DNA from: Pavona decussata
Lineage: Eukaryota
Length of the DNA stretch: 64,000 nucleotides
Reading direction: 5' to 3'
Assembly (NCBI GenBank): GCA_977016875.1
Contig: CDRNST010000091.1
Span: 2,108,001-2,172,000 of the forward strand
Numbering within the stretch: the stretch's first letter is position 1; each line of letters opens with the position of its first letter. Under the pieces are notes generated by a model. That model made no database searches and had not been told where the DNA came from. It saw only the letters and a list, made by a program, of their open reading frames with translations. This document shows positions 15,301-27,300 of this stretch, one piece after another. A program made the position numbers and the translations under genes.

Positions 15301-18300
15301 AAGACCACAGAACCATGCTGGAGGCATCAATTGAATTCCATCAACTTTATGAACAGGTCTGCTTAAGATATTAACTTTACCTCAGCATACTGTTTTTTGT
15401 AGCCTACATTGCAAATTCATGTTTTGTGGATTCCTTGTTTGACAGTTTTCCCAGGGTAATTTGGACTGGAAAATATTTTGTACTCAGAGTCATCATAGTC
15501 AATCCAAAGATTCTCTGTTGTACTTCCTTGTTGTACTATAATTACTCACAAAGAGTGGGGAAGGTGCCGATGAGCGAGCACTTCCCTTGCACCAACTTGG
15601 CCTGGGTTTGATTGGCAGCACGTATGATAATTATGTGGATTGCGTTTCGTTTTGGTTCTCATCCTTACTTCCTGAGTTTTTTCTGTGACATTCTTCATTC
15701 CCACCACTTCACAAAAACAAACAAAACAAAGCAAACAATATTTCTTTAATTTTTAACAATTCAATCTGTGATCTGAGGGTTGTTGGTTAGTCAGTTGTCC
15801 AGGGACTCCCAGTTGGCTTGATAGTTCAGTTGGCAGAGCACTGCACCGGTATAGAAGAGGTCATGGGTTTGAATCCCATTCAAGCCTGAATTTTTTTTGC
15901 AACTACTTAAGTTGTGTTCATAACTACAATGGTCATTCACTTGTTCATTTTTTCCAAGGACTGTTACATTGTAATAATATTACTGTTACCCTAATGTGCC
16001 ATGCAAGTACCAGTAGTGCTTTCAACAGCCCAGGATTACTGTAAACAGTAACTTTTAACACAAAACTATGAATCCACTTAATCTGTTTTGTAGCTTGTCA
16101 CATTGTATAATGTGCAGGGTAATAAGTTCTCTCACATCAGGTTTATCTTCTTTCTTGCAGGCTTCAGTTTGGATCAGTGACAGTGAGCACTTTGTGAAAA
16201 CCACACGAGATGGAGCAAAGAGATGCAAAACTGAGGAAGAAGTTGTAGATCTTCTTGACATGTTGGAAGGCTTCGTAAAACCAGGCCTCAACAAGCAGGA
16301 AGCCCGACTAAAGAAACTGGCTGAACTCTCTGCTAAGCTCACTATGGATGAACCTCGTTACAAAGCCAAGGACCTCATGGCTAAACAGAAAGAAATTGCT
16401 ACCAAGTTTGATCTCATGGACAATGATCTTTTCCGTTTGGCAGAGAGACTCAGAGAAAGGAAACAAAGAGGGCTGCCTCCTAAGGTGAACATACTCAAGA
16501 CAAGTTATCATTCTAAGGCAGAGGTCAAAGACATAACTGTCATTTGCATGTTTTCACTGCTGTGAGCAAAATGTTGTAAAATTTCAGACTGAAAAGATCC
16601 ACGAAGCAAGGAAGGAGAATCTAAGAAAATTCTATCAGCATTCTTTCTTGACTTGAGTAGTCAACTTGAAACACTGGGAGTTGATTCCTAGGCTAAAAAT
16701 AATTAATGTTTAATCTATTTTCTATGAAATAATGGTTGACCCTTGGTTAGAGAAAGAGTCCTGAAAGCATGAAAGTTTTGAACAGCTTTTATTTATTTTT
16801 TGCGGGTGTTTTATTAACTTTCATGTAATCCTTGTTCTGTTAATTGGTTTCTCTTAGGCAGAGGAAGTTACATCAGAAAGCATTGAGGCTTATGAGAGAG
16901 AACTGTCAGAATCAGCTCCTGTCTCAGCAGAATATGGGAAACCAGTGCGGGTGAATGTCCTGTCATCTTTCATTGATGGTGTACTGGGTAGCAAGAGGCC
17001 AGGTGATCGAGAAGTGTTTGAAGAGGCCGGGCCAGCCAAACGTCCTCAGGTGTCTGTCAGAGTCAGGTCCGATACACCAGTAAGCTTAGAAACTGAACAG
17101 AAGATTGCACCCATCATCAAGTCAGAGATCCAGGGATGGTTTGAAGGTGGCAAAGCTGTAAAACCTGCTGAGATCCCAGAGCACGAAATTCTGGTTCACA
17201 TTAGTGAAGATACCAAGAGAGAACCCAGTGAAATGGCTTTGGCTCCTTGGGGTGCTGAAGTGGTGAAGAAAGATGTCACAGTCACCTCATTAGGGCCATT
17301 TGTTAGCAAAGACATTGAAGTTGAAACAGCTTTGCACACAGAAACACATCGGCCAACCTCGTCAGAGCAGGCTCAGCTTGTAAGGAAGAGGGTGTGGAAG
17401 ACAACGACAAGGGAAACCACCACCAGCATTAAGCAAGAGACAAGAACTGAAGTTGAGATGCTGGTTCCAGAAAAACCTGAAATGACATCAAATCTCTATG
17501 TTTTTGGTGCATTACCACCCTCTGAGAATCTGAATGTGGAGGTGAAGTCCAAGACATCTGTTGAGAGCACACCCGATACCATGGACAAGACAAGCCCCAA
17601 AGAAATCAGCAAAGTTGAAAGAGAAATGCAGACTGCCAATGAGAACATCTGCAGGAGGATTGAAGAGTCCGTGGCGAGTAGTCGTAGGCCGTAAGTACAC
17701 AACACCCTCTAAACGTTTTCCTAAAAAAAAAAAAACATTACCTGCTGTGGGTGTTTCTTAAATGCATGGTTTCGATTCTACACTTTCTAGACAACTTGTG
17801 ACTACAGGTACAATTAACCCTCGCTATAACAGACATCCAACGGACCACAACAGAGAAAGTCCATAAGAGCGGGAGGGTTTTTCAGTCATTCTTATTCCCT
17901 GAGACTTAAATGCTGTCCGTAATAGCTAAGAGTCCGCAAGGTAGGAGTTTACTGTATGTGTTAAAGTGGAAATATGGATGTCACTCCCTGAACTTATGCA
18001 CCAGTAGTTACAGTTTGTTTCCAATATTCTCATTCTGTTTACTTCATGCCGCAACTTTCGTTTTATTTCTTAGATTTGAACTAAAAAAACACGCTGAGAT
18101 TCTCATTCCCCAACATGCTGGTTCAGTTCTGATCTTCACTCCTCCTGGCACCCCGAGAAGAGACTCTGGCCCATGTATTGACTCAAGTCAGCTCACTAAT
18201 GGCCATGCGGGTGATGTAGACCAACCAAAAGTGGAATCTGAGGTGCATCTTATGAGGACGCCCCAGGACTTTGATTTTGGTGCAGTAGAGCTGACTATTC

Positions 18301-21300
18301 CCTCTCCTTTTGTGAATGGGGAAGTGCCTGACTTGGAGAAAGAAGCTGCTCTGCAACGAATGAATGACATCACTGGCAAATTGATTGAAAGTGAGGAGAA
18401 ATACTTGGATGATTTGAGATCTCTTGTTGAGGTATGGAGTTTGTTAGTTTTGTGCAACCAAGTTATGCACATAAAGTAATGCAACTGCTATTTAAGCCAA
18501 TGGCATGCTAGGCTGTAAGGTAAGGTAGAGGTAAATGTAGAGTAGGGATGTTTTCAAGCGCTATTAACGTCAAGTGACAAAGGAAATTTTACTCCTGCTG
18601 GATAGGATGGTAGTTCACCCTATGACCTTGTCCTTCAGCATTTTGTTAGCATTTTCTTAAACTTCGGCAATGCCCATTTAGGCCACATAAACACCACTAG
18701 AGCTTGCTAGGGGTCAGTAAATATGGACCATACCAAAATCATCAGATGTTTTCTATTTGTCAGGTCAGGTAGCTGACCTTGTCGGGTTTTCACCAAGACC
18801 CCTCCCTTATCTGGAAAACTGTGGTCTGGTAATGAGACAGTTAATGGTTTGTATCTCTAAATTCTGGTATAATAATCAAGTCAGTCATTTCCTTTTTTTG
18901 CAGGATTACATCTATCAGCTTCCCAAAACTCCATCCGAGATTTCAGACAACAAAGACACCATCTTTGTCAACTCCGAGGACATCTTTTTCTTCCACAAAG
19001 TGTATGTTAATTTTGATTGACAAGCAATTTAGGATCCTTTACTTTTTAATTGGACATTTTTAAGTAACATTTATTAACACATTATGTGAAGGACTATATG
19101 ATTGTGTTCTCAACGCAATGTATGCTGTCAGTGAATGTTTTTAGTTTTCATCAAGTCATGCAAAGCAATAATTTATTTACTCCATTTGATCATCTCTTTT
19201 GGGAGCAAAGTTAAAGCATAGCAGTGAGAGTACTCCCATCAGTTTGGCCAAGGTTGAGTCCTCTTCTAAAAATCATTTATGTCACTGAATTGGTTTCTGT
19301 TGGTTCTCAATCAATTCTTTGCCGTGTTCTCTATTTGGGTTGCCATGTTCTCTTTCCTCCATAAAAACAAACATTGCTGAATGCCAGAAATCCAAGGGTG
19401 TCAGGTTTGTGAACCATAAGACTATTAATTTGAATACTTGCCTTATTAATTAAGTTAACTACTACAATTTATTTTCATGTGATTATTTACAGTATCTTTT
19501 ATGATGAGCTGAGTAAGTGCAGAGGAATTCCTTCAGATGTTGGCCAGGTGTTTACAAAAAGGGTAAGACAAGATGACTCATCAAAAATTGCAGCAATAGT
19601 TGTTTTTGTAGAGTGGTTTTCAGTCGAAGGTGGAGAGTAATTTCCCTTTACTTCGGTTTTGCCTTACTGTATTCTGTGATTTGTTAGTGAAATGAACACT
19701 TTCTCAACTGATGAGGAGCAAAAACAAAACCAAATTGTGACTTGCTTTTACGTGCTGTACATGTGGTGCAGTGATAATGTTGTATAAGTTATGTCTGTGG
19801 TACTTATCATTTAGAGGGAAAACCTGGAAGTTCCGGGCTGGGATGCGTTGTTCCATTTGGGACATTTCTGAAATTATGGGCTCCAGATCATGAAGTCATG
19901 CACTTTTACTGCTCCTTTTGGGATTTGCAGTTGATGCTGAAGCATTTTGCATGTTGTCCATCTTCTGTTGGGACAGGCTAAATCATTTCACATTCATGCC
20001 GGAAATTCAGGTTTCCATAGGATCTGAAACGATCCTAAAATCAGCCAACAAAAATTCTGTAGTCATTTGGACACAAATGTCTGAAATAATTTGCCATTTT
20101 CTGCTTCAGTGGTCATGACCACTGAGGATTACAAAAGGTAGAGCCTTGTTCCATCCCTTGTTATCTTTTGTCTGTGATCAACTGGGATCAATGTTGATGG
20201 TGCAATCGTCTATGAAAGGACTGGTTTTGTTTGCGCGATCGAAATTCAGAGCAGGGTACATAAGTAGTTCATAATTGGCCATTTCTATCATCATGAAAAG
20301 TATCCAGAGAGATTAGGTCACTTTTTTTCCAATCATGCATTCACAATCCCTTGCAATTATGATATGGAACATGTCTCTGCAATCATCCACAATTCGCAAA
20401 ATGAGCAGCTCCCAGTTGGCTTGATAGCGTAGATGATAGTCAGAGCACTGCACTGGCATCACAGAGGTCATGGGTTTGAATCCTGTTCAAGCCTGAATTT
20501 TCTCAGGCTTTCTTTTCACAACTGCATATTTAAGTTGCATTCGTCACTATGACGGCCTTATTTTTTTTTTTATCTCTGATCCTGTGATTGTTTGGAAACA
20601 TACGGAAATCAGGGTAATATATGAAAGGTAGATAACAAACTCAACTCCTATCTGTGATTTTGACGTTTTTCTTAGCAGTGCCATCCAATTAACTTACTTC
20701 TAATCTACTGTATCTCAATTAATGCCTAATTCTGTCTTTCGTTTTGTTTCCCTCTAAAAGGAAAACGAGCTTGACAGATACATCACCTTCTGTGATGGAA
20801 AAAGTGACTCAGCTAACTTTATAGAATCACATCCTAAGGATTTCTTCAAGGTAAGATTTGATTAATCAACTTAAAAAAGTTCATCTCCTTCTTGTCGATA
20901 TCCCTAAGAATTCAGTAGTGTGCGAGGACAATTTCCTCCAAATGATAATTGCCTTATTTTCATCACATTTCTGATGACATTGATAAAGTCAGTAAAGCGT
21001 CATTAGCTCCTTTTGTTAGTATCCCGTTGTTTGAGTAATTAGAAAGCAGGTCAGACTTGGAGACAGAAAGGTCAAAGGCCATTTTTCTATTGAGATAATT
21101 ATGTCATTTGTGAAGATAGACTACTTGTCTCAGACAAATTATCCGTCTCAGGTGCATAACTGGTCCTGTTGTGAAAAGGCTCTTAGCGTTAGAGCCTCTT
21201 ACCTGCTTAGGATAAGATGGATAAAGAGATAAGTAACCTAAAAAATTATTTCTCATTAAGGAAACAAACATCTATATCAGGTGTTACACTAAGACGAACA

Positions 21301-24300
21301 AATTGTCTGTGTCACAGTGTTAGCAGTTTATAAGGTAGAGTGTTTCTTACATTTTCATTTTCAACTCTGTAGAACTGTGAGGAAGCAGCATCTTGTCATC
21401 CCATTGAAGAACTTCTGGATCGTCCTGTTGAGCGTGTTTTAGAGTACAGAGCATATCTCACTGATCTACTGCAGTGTGCTCGTAAGGCTGGTGTTGATAC
21501 GCATGACCTGGAGGTACTGCTTTTACGAATTGAAACCCCCTGCTTGCGTGATGTGCCTTTGTCTCTAGGCTTTCTTGGTTTTTCCTATTCTCCAGTTTCT
21601 TTTACTCTGTGCTTTTCGTTTATTGAACTAAGTAAGTGTTAATTTAACATCTGCTGAATTTGATGTTCTTGAGAAGAGATCTTAACCCGGTGATGACATC
21701 ACAAAAGCTGGGAAATTATGAGATCTGATGAGATATTCGAAAAGAGTGTGCTTAAAAATGCAAACTTGCCGAAAATCAGCATCTTGCTCATTTGGGGATG
21801 AGGTGTTGGCTCTTTTATGCTTGGATGACTCCATACGAATCCTTCTAATTTTACCTTAGTTCTTAATGAGAAGGATCTGTTTAGCAGAGCGTAAAAACGC
21901 CAATGCATTGATTTTTGTCAAGTTAGCATTCTTTATTATGCTCTTTCAGAATATCTTATAAAATTGCACATCAAAAATTTAAGTAATTGTGATGTCACAC
22001 TTGAGCACTCTATGGTTGCATAAAAAGACAGTAGTTGTCTGTGCATCATTCTTCTTTACACCAACCAAAAGTTGAAAATGGCGGTAACAAGTTTAATAAT
22101 CTATGCATAGTACTGTAAAGTTCCAAATGTAAGCGAGAGCTTGTATTTGTTGAAAGAACTCTTCAAAAGGTTTATTTTTGGAAGGGGCTTGTTTTTCCTT
22201 TTTGTTTAAGGGGTATATGGGAGGGAAATTTGTATTTCAAGAATTTGTTGGGCGTGTTAACGAAAAGAGATTTGTGTGCCGACGTTGCGAGCATTAGCCG
22301 TTTGTCAGAACAAATCCAATTTGCTCTGACACTCGAAACATCAGCACTCGAACCTGAGTGAGAACCTCTTTACAGTCAACACTGTTGATAAAACCAAACA
22401 TTTGCTTCTACTCCCGAGATTCTACAAGCATACTTTGTGGTGGGCTTGTTTTTGGAAGAGCTTATGTTCAGAATACTACGGTATTCTTGCTGAGTGTTTT
22501 CCTTGTGCCACGAAAGATTAAAGTGAGAACACTATCTTTGTCTAAACAGTCACAACCATGTTGCTTATCTTTCTTTCTTTCTTTCTTTGCTTTTCTTTTC
22601 AGGCTGGAAAGGAAGTAGTAGATCGCCTTTGGGCCGAAATTACTCAGCAGACTCAGTAAGTTAATGCTTTAAGAAAGCTTTCAGATACACATTTTTACAT
22701 GATTGATACTGGGGTATAAACCAAATCTCAGTACAGTGATCTCTCGACTTTCACTCAACAGATGTAAGATTTTTGATAAGAAGTCCATTTGATCAACATG
22801 CAATGACAAGCAGTATTGTATTATAGGGGCAGTGGCTGGAGTTTTTTCATTTAAGCCAAAGGAGTGAAGTTTTCTTAATAACAGTTCTAGGGTATGAGCT
22901 CCTGGAATATTCCAGAAAATTGGAAATCTAGAGGATTCTATTGTAGGGAAAGTATCATGGGTTTTTGATATCTTTTGTTAAAAATGATGAAATAGGATTT
23001 TCAATCAGCTGCCAAATAATTCTAGAATGGCGAGAGAAAAGAAATCAACTCAATTCGTGAAAGGAACAACTCGAGATCTGTTCTAGCGCATTTTGGAAGC
23101 AAAAATGCGAGAACTTGAAAAACATTAGCCTAACATTTTTCAAGTTTCAATCCATACCAGCCTACTCTGTCTCTGGCCAGAGGCACTAATCGACAGTTTT
23201 ATTGCACTGGGGTGATAATTTATAACAAACGTGACAATTATTTCGTTGTTTCTGCTGACAGACAAACATTTTTGGGTTTTGAAATGACAGTAAATTTGCG
23301 TGATACTTCCCCTTTAAGTTGTTGGAACTCACGGATGATTCGTGAAGACGTCCCAGGATGAGATGTATCTTTAGGGATTGTATATACCTCTGGCTTAGAA
23401 ACATCAGGATTCGTTGTTAGTTTAGGAGACCTTCATGAGTCTGGCTCCTACATATTTATTGTTACAGTTGAGCCCCTCTTTAAGTGGCCACTCTATTGTA
23501 GATGGCAAGTGGCTATTTTATATGGGGTCATTGAAAAATAATATAAGGCGTAGTAGGAACGTCACTACTTGGACAAAAAAAAAATGTTGGTTTGTGACAG
23601 GTGTTGCATGTATTATACAACCTGTTATTCACAACTTTCAGTGTCGTGTATTCTCTGATTCGTTGCTTGAAAGTGGTTTGACTGTAATTGAATGATTGCA
23701 ATTAATTTTTCAGGTTTGAGATCCTTGTTACTGAGACACCAAAGGAGGTTGAGCTCTGCGTTGCATTACAAGATTTCAGAGACGAGCTGAACAACATCTG
23801 CCTTCAAAAGGAAGACACAGTTTTGGTCCTGGATCGGGTTTCATGCCCAGGAATGTACAAGGTTGTCAGGTTTAGATCTGATGGGTCTAGGGGCGATGAA
23901 GTCTGGGTGCCATCATCAGTTTTACGGCGCAAGAAGTCAACAGCTGAAATTATCATGCCAGCTGAGTACACGGTAAAGCTCAAGTCAAAACCTGGGCCTA
24001 AACTACCAGAGGAAATTGCAGAAATGACCATGCCTGCTCCTGAAAGGGAGGTGGTTGTGGAAATGTCTCCAGTTGAGCTAGCACCAGCTCCAGCTGCCCC
24101 TGTATTTATCGTGCCATTGGAAAATCAGACGGCAACAGAAGGCCAACCAACACAGCTGGATGTCCGTGTTTCTGGCATCCCAAAGCCAGAGGTGTCATGG
24201 ATTAAAGATGATCGCCCAGTCAGAATAGGAGAGCGTATCCATGCTCAGAAGAAAGGAGATTTGTTCAGTTTGAAAATATCAGAGGTTGATATTGAAGATG

Positions 24301-27300
24301 AAGGGACATACACTTGCCAGGCAACAAATGCAGCTGGGACAGCCACGTCTAAGGCAGAGCTAAATGTTGAATGTAAGGGAATCAACTTCTTAGGATGTGT
24401 GTCATATGTGGTAACTGACCAGATAGGTTGTTTAGTCAGTTTGCAAATGGAAGGTGCCACTTTTTTTTTTACTTCGTTTTACTAATTGTTCTGAGTGGTT
24501 ACCATGTTATTGAATGACCAGTTGGCCTGGCCAGTTTGGACAAAATTAATGTTAAACTCAACAGGTCAATATTTTTCTGTTTAGTGCTGTGCATTCCTTT
24601 TGGAACACACTGTTGGTCGAAAACTGAACAAACAATGTGACTCGATCCACGCGAAGTTATTTGTTTAATTATTCCACTTTTAAATACCTTCTATCGTTTT
24701 TAGCGTTCCTTTCTATTTATCAGTCATGCTATTATTTTCTTATATTGTTTAGATGTGAATATCTTATAGTCAGTATCTCATTAGTATTTTCACAATTATA
24801 TATAAGCACATGCTAATTTTTACTTCTCATCTTGAACTTGAAAATGACCGTCGGACGGTCGAAACGTCGTTTTCTTTTAGCGTTAACTTTCATAGGTAAA
24901 TCCAGTTCCCCTAAACCCATAAATTATTGAGAGCGCACTTTGCTGGGGACTTTTGAGAGTTTTAAATATAAAGACACCTTAATGACTTAAAGGATAGCTT
25001 GTTTTTCTTTGTTTGATTTCAGCTGTTGAGTCAGAGGGAGAACCAGAAGTGGAGGAACCACAGATCACTGTGATTAAGATGTAAGAACATTTTGCCAACC
25101 AGGAGTTGCATTCTAATTAATATATTTTGATGCTTCTTGTTCTAATTCCAAAAGCAATGAGTTTTCGCAGAGCATTGCTTGAAAGAAAGAAAATAAAATG
25201 CTGATTTTTGGAATTGTTGTCATCATGGAGGACACTTAAAAAGTCAATGTTATGGAGCCTTTGTCGTTTAAATGCTAAATAGATAGGGTGCTAGGGAAAG
25301 ATAGCCTTGGGACCGTCAGAGAAGAAGGACTAGAGCCTTGCATTCATGATTTAAGAACCTTCTTACTGTAGTAATGTTGCAGATGCCCCCTAATTGGAAC
25401 TGTGTAAATCATTTATTTTCTACAAGATTTACATTTCACATCCATTTTGTTGTATCATTTGCAGAGCCCGAAATCAACAACCTCCGACAGTGACATTAAC
25501 AGGAATAGATGGGACCGACTTCCAACCAATCCAAGTTCAATTTCCTCAACCTGATGAGATTAGTGCATCTGAAATCCATGTGATGACAGAAAGTGTCCCC
25601 ACAGCTCGTCGACGATCCATTCCTCCAGAATTCTCTACTGAGCTAGATGACAAGACTATAGAGGAGGGTGATTCTGTGGAGATGCAGATCTTCGTCACTG
25701 GCACACCTCCACCCGAAGTGATATGGTACAAAGATGACCAACCAATTACAATCTACCCACACAGACGATTCCATGCAATGAGAGAGAATGACATCTGCAG
25801 CTTGGAGATCAAGGATGCACGATGCAGTGATGAAGGAAACTACACATGCAGAGCTAAGAACACTGCTGGGGAAGTGAGAAAGTCATGCAAACTAATTGTT
25901 AAGCAAGTTACACCAACTAGCCCTCCAGCTTTTGTAAAACAGTTGAAGGATGTGTACATTGTAGAAGGTTCGTGTACTCGGTTTGATGTCAAAGTCACAG
26001 GAATGCCAGAACCTGAAGTCACCTGGTATAAAGATGGGCAGCCTTTGAAGCAAGACAAGCACATTGAGGTCATCCATGATGAAGATACATCTGCGCTTAT
26101 CGTTATGTATGGGAAGCCAGAAGACGCAGGTGATTACACATGTAAAGCTGTAAATGATGCTGGAGATGCAGAATCATCAGCACATCTGCACATCTCACCG
26201 TTACAATTACCTGCTAAATTCACCTCACCAGTAGGAAATGTTGAAGTGTCTGAGGGAGAACCAGCAAAGCTTAAATGTACAGTAATTGGAAGGCCTGATC
26301 CAAACATAACATGGTTCAAAGATGATCAACAGCTCCACGAAAATAATAGGTTCAAAATGAAGGTGACCCCAGACAACACTTGTATCTTGACCATACAGAA
26401 GTCCGACATGGATGATGAAGGAACTTACACATGCACAGCGACGAACTCAGCTGGTAAAGATACCTGTTCAGTGAAATTAAAGGTCAATGGTGAGGGCAGG
26501 GCGCCAGAGTTCACCAAAGTCTTGGAGAATGCTGAAATACCAGATGGTAGTCCAGTGCGTTTTGAAGTTCATGTTCAGGGAAAACCAACTCCATTTGTAG
26601 AATGGCTCAAGGGAACAAAGGTCCTCAAACCAGGTCCACGGTTTGAAACTCAGACAAGTGAAAACTCGCACACATTTGTCATAACAAACTGTAGAGATGA
26701 TGACAGTGGGACTTACATGTGCAAAGCCCAGAACAAGTTTGGTACCGCTACTTGTGATGCAACACTCATTGTTGCAGAAGACACTGTACCCCCAAGGTTT
26801 ACAAAGAAGCTGTATGACTCAACGGCAGATGCTGGCAACACTGTAGAGTTTTCTGTCAAGTACATTGGCAGCCCGGAACCAAAGGTGAAATGGTTTTTGG
26901 ACGATGAAGAAGTTTCTGAAGATGATGAGGGCATGGACATTGAGACTGAGCCAGGTTCATCGTTACTTGTGCTAGAGGACATAGCACCAAATGATTCTGG
27001 GCAATACAAATGCATCATTACCAACATTGCAGGAAAGGCAGTAACAAGTGCACAGCTCAAAGTTGTAGAAGAAGGGGTTAAGGCTACACCGAAGATACCG
27101 ACTGAAGTTGTGAAAACTGTGGCTCCATCAACTGAGAAAGAGCCAAGTGGAAAACCGCCAGTGTTTCTCAAAAAACTGGTGACTCTCCATGCAGTTGAGG
27201 GCGATGCAGTTCGGCTGCAAGTGATAGTCGATGGAACACCAAAGCCTACTGTCCAGTGGTTTGTTGAGAATGATCTTGTGCAAGAAGATAGGCATACTCA

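Noticed and set aside
15815-15886. tRNA gene
   Set aside because: The stems and T-loop are degenerate, and it shares non-tRNA flanks with the copy at 20409, so it is a SINE head
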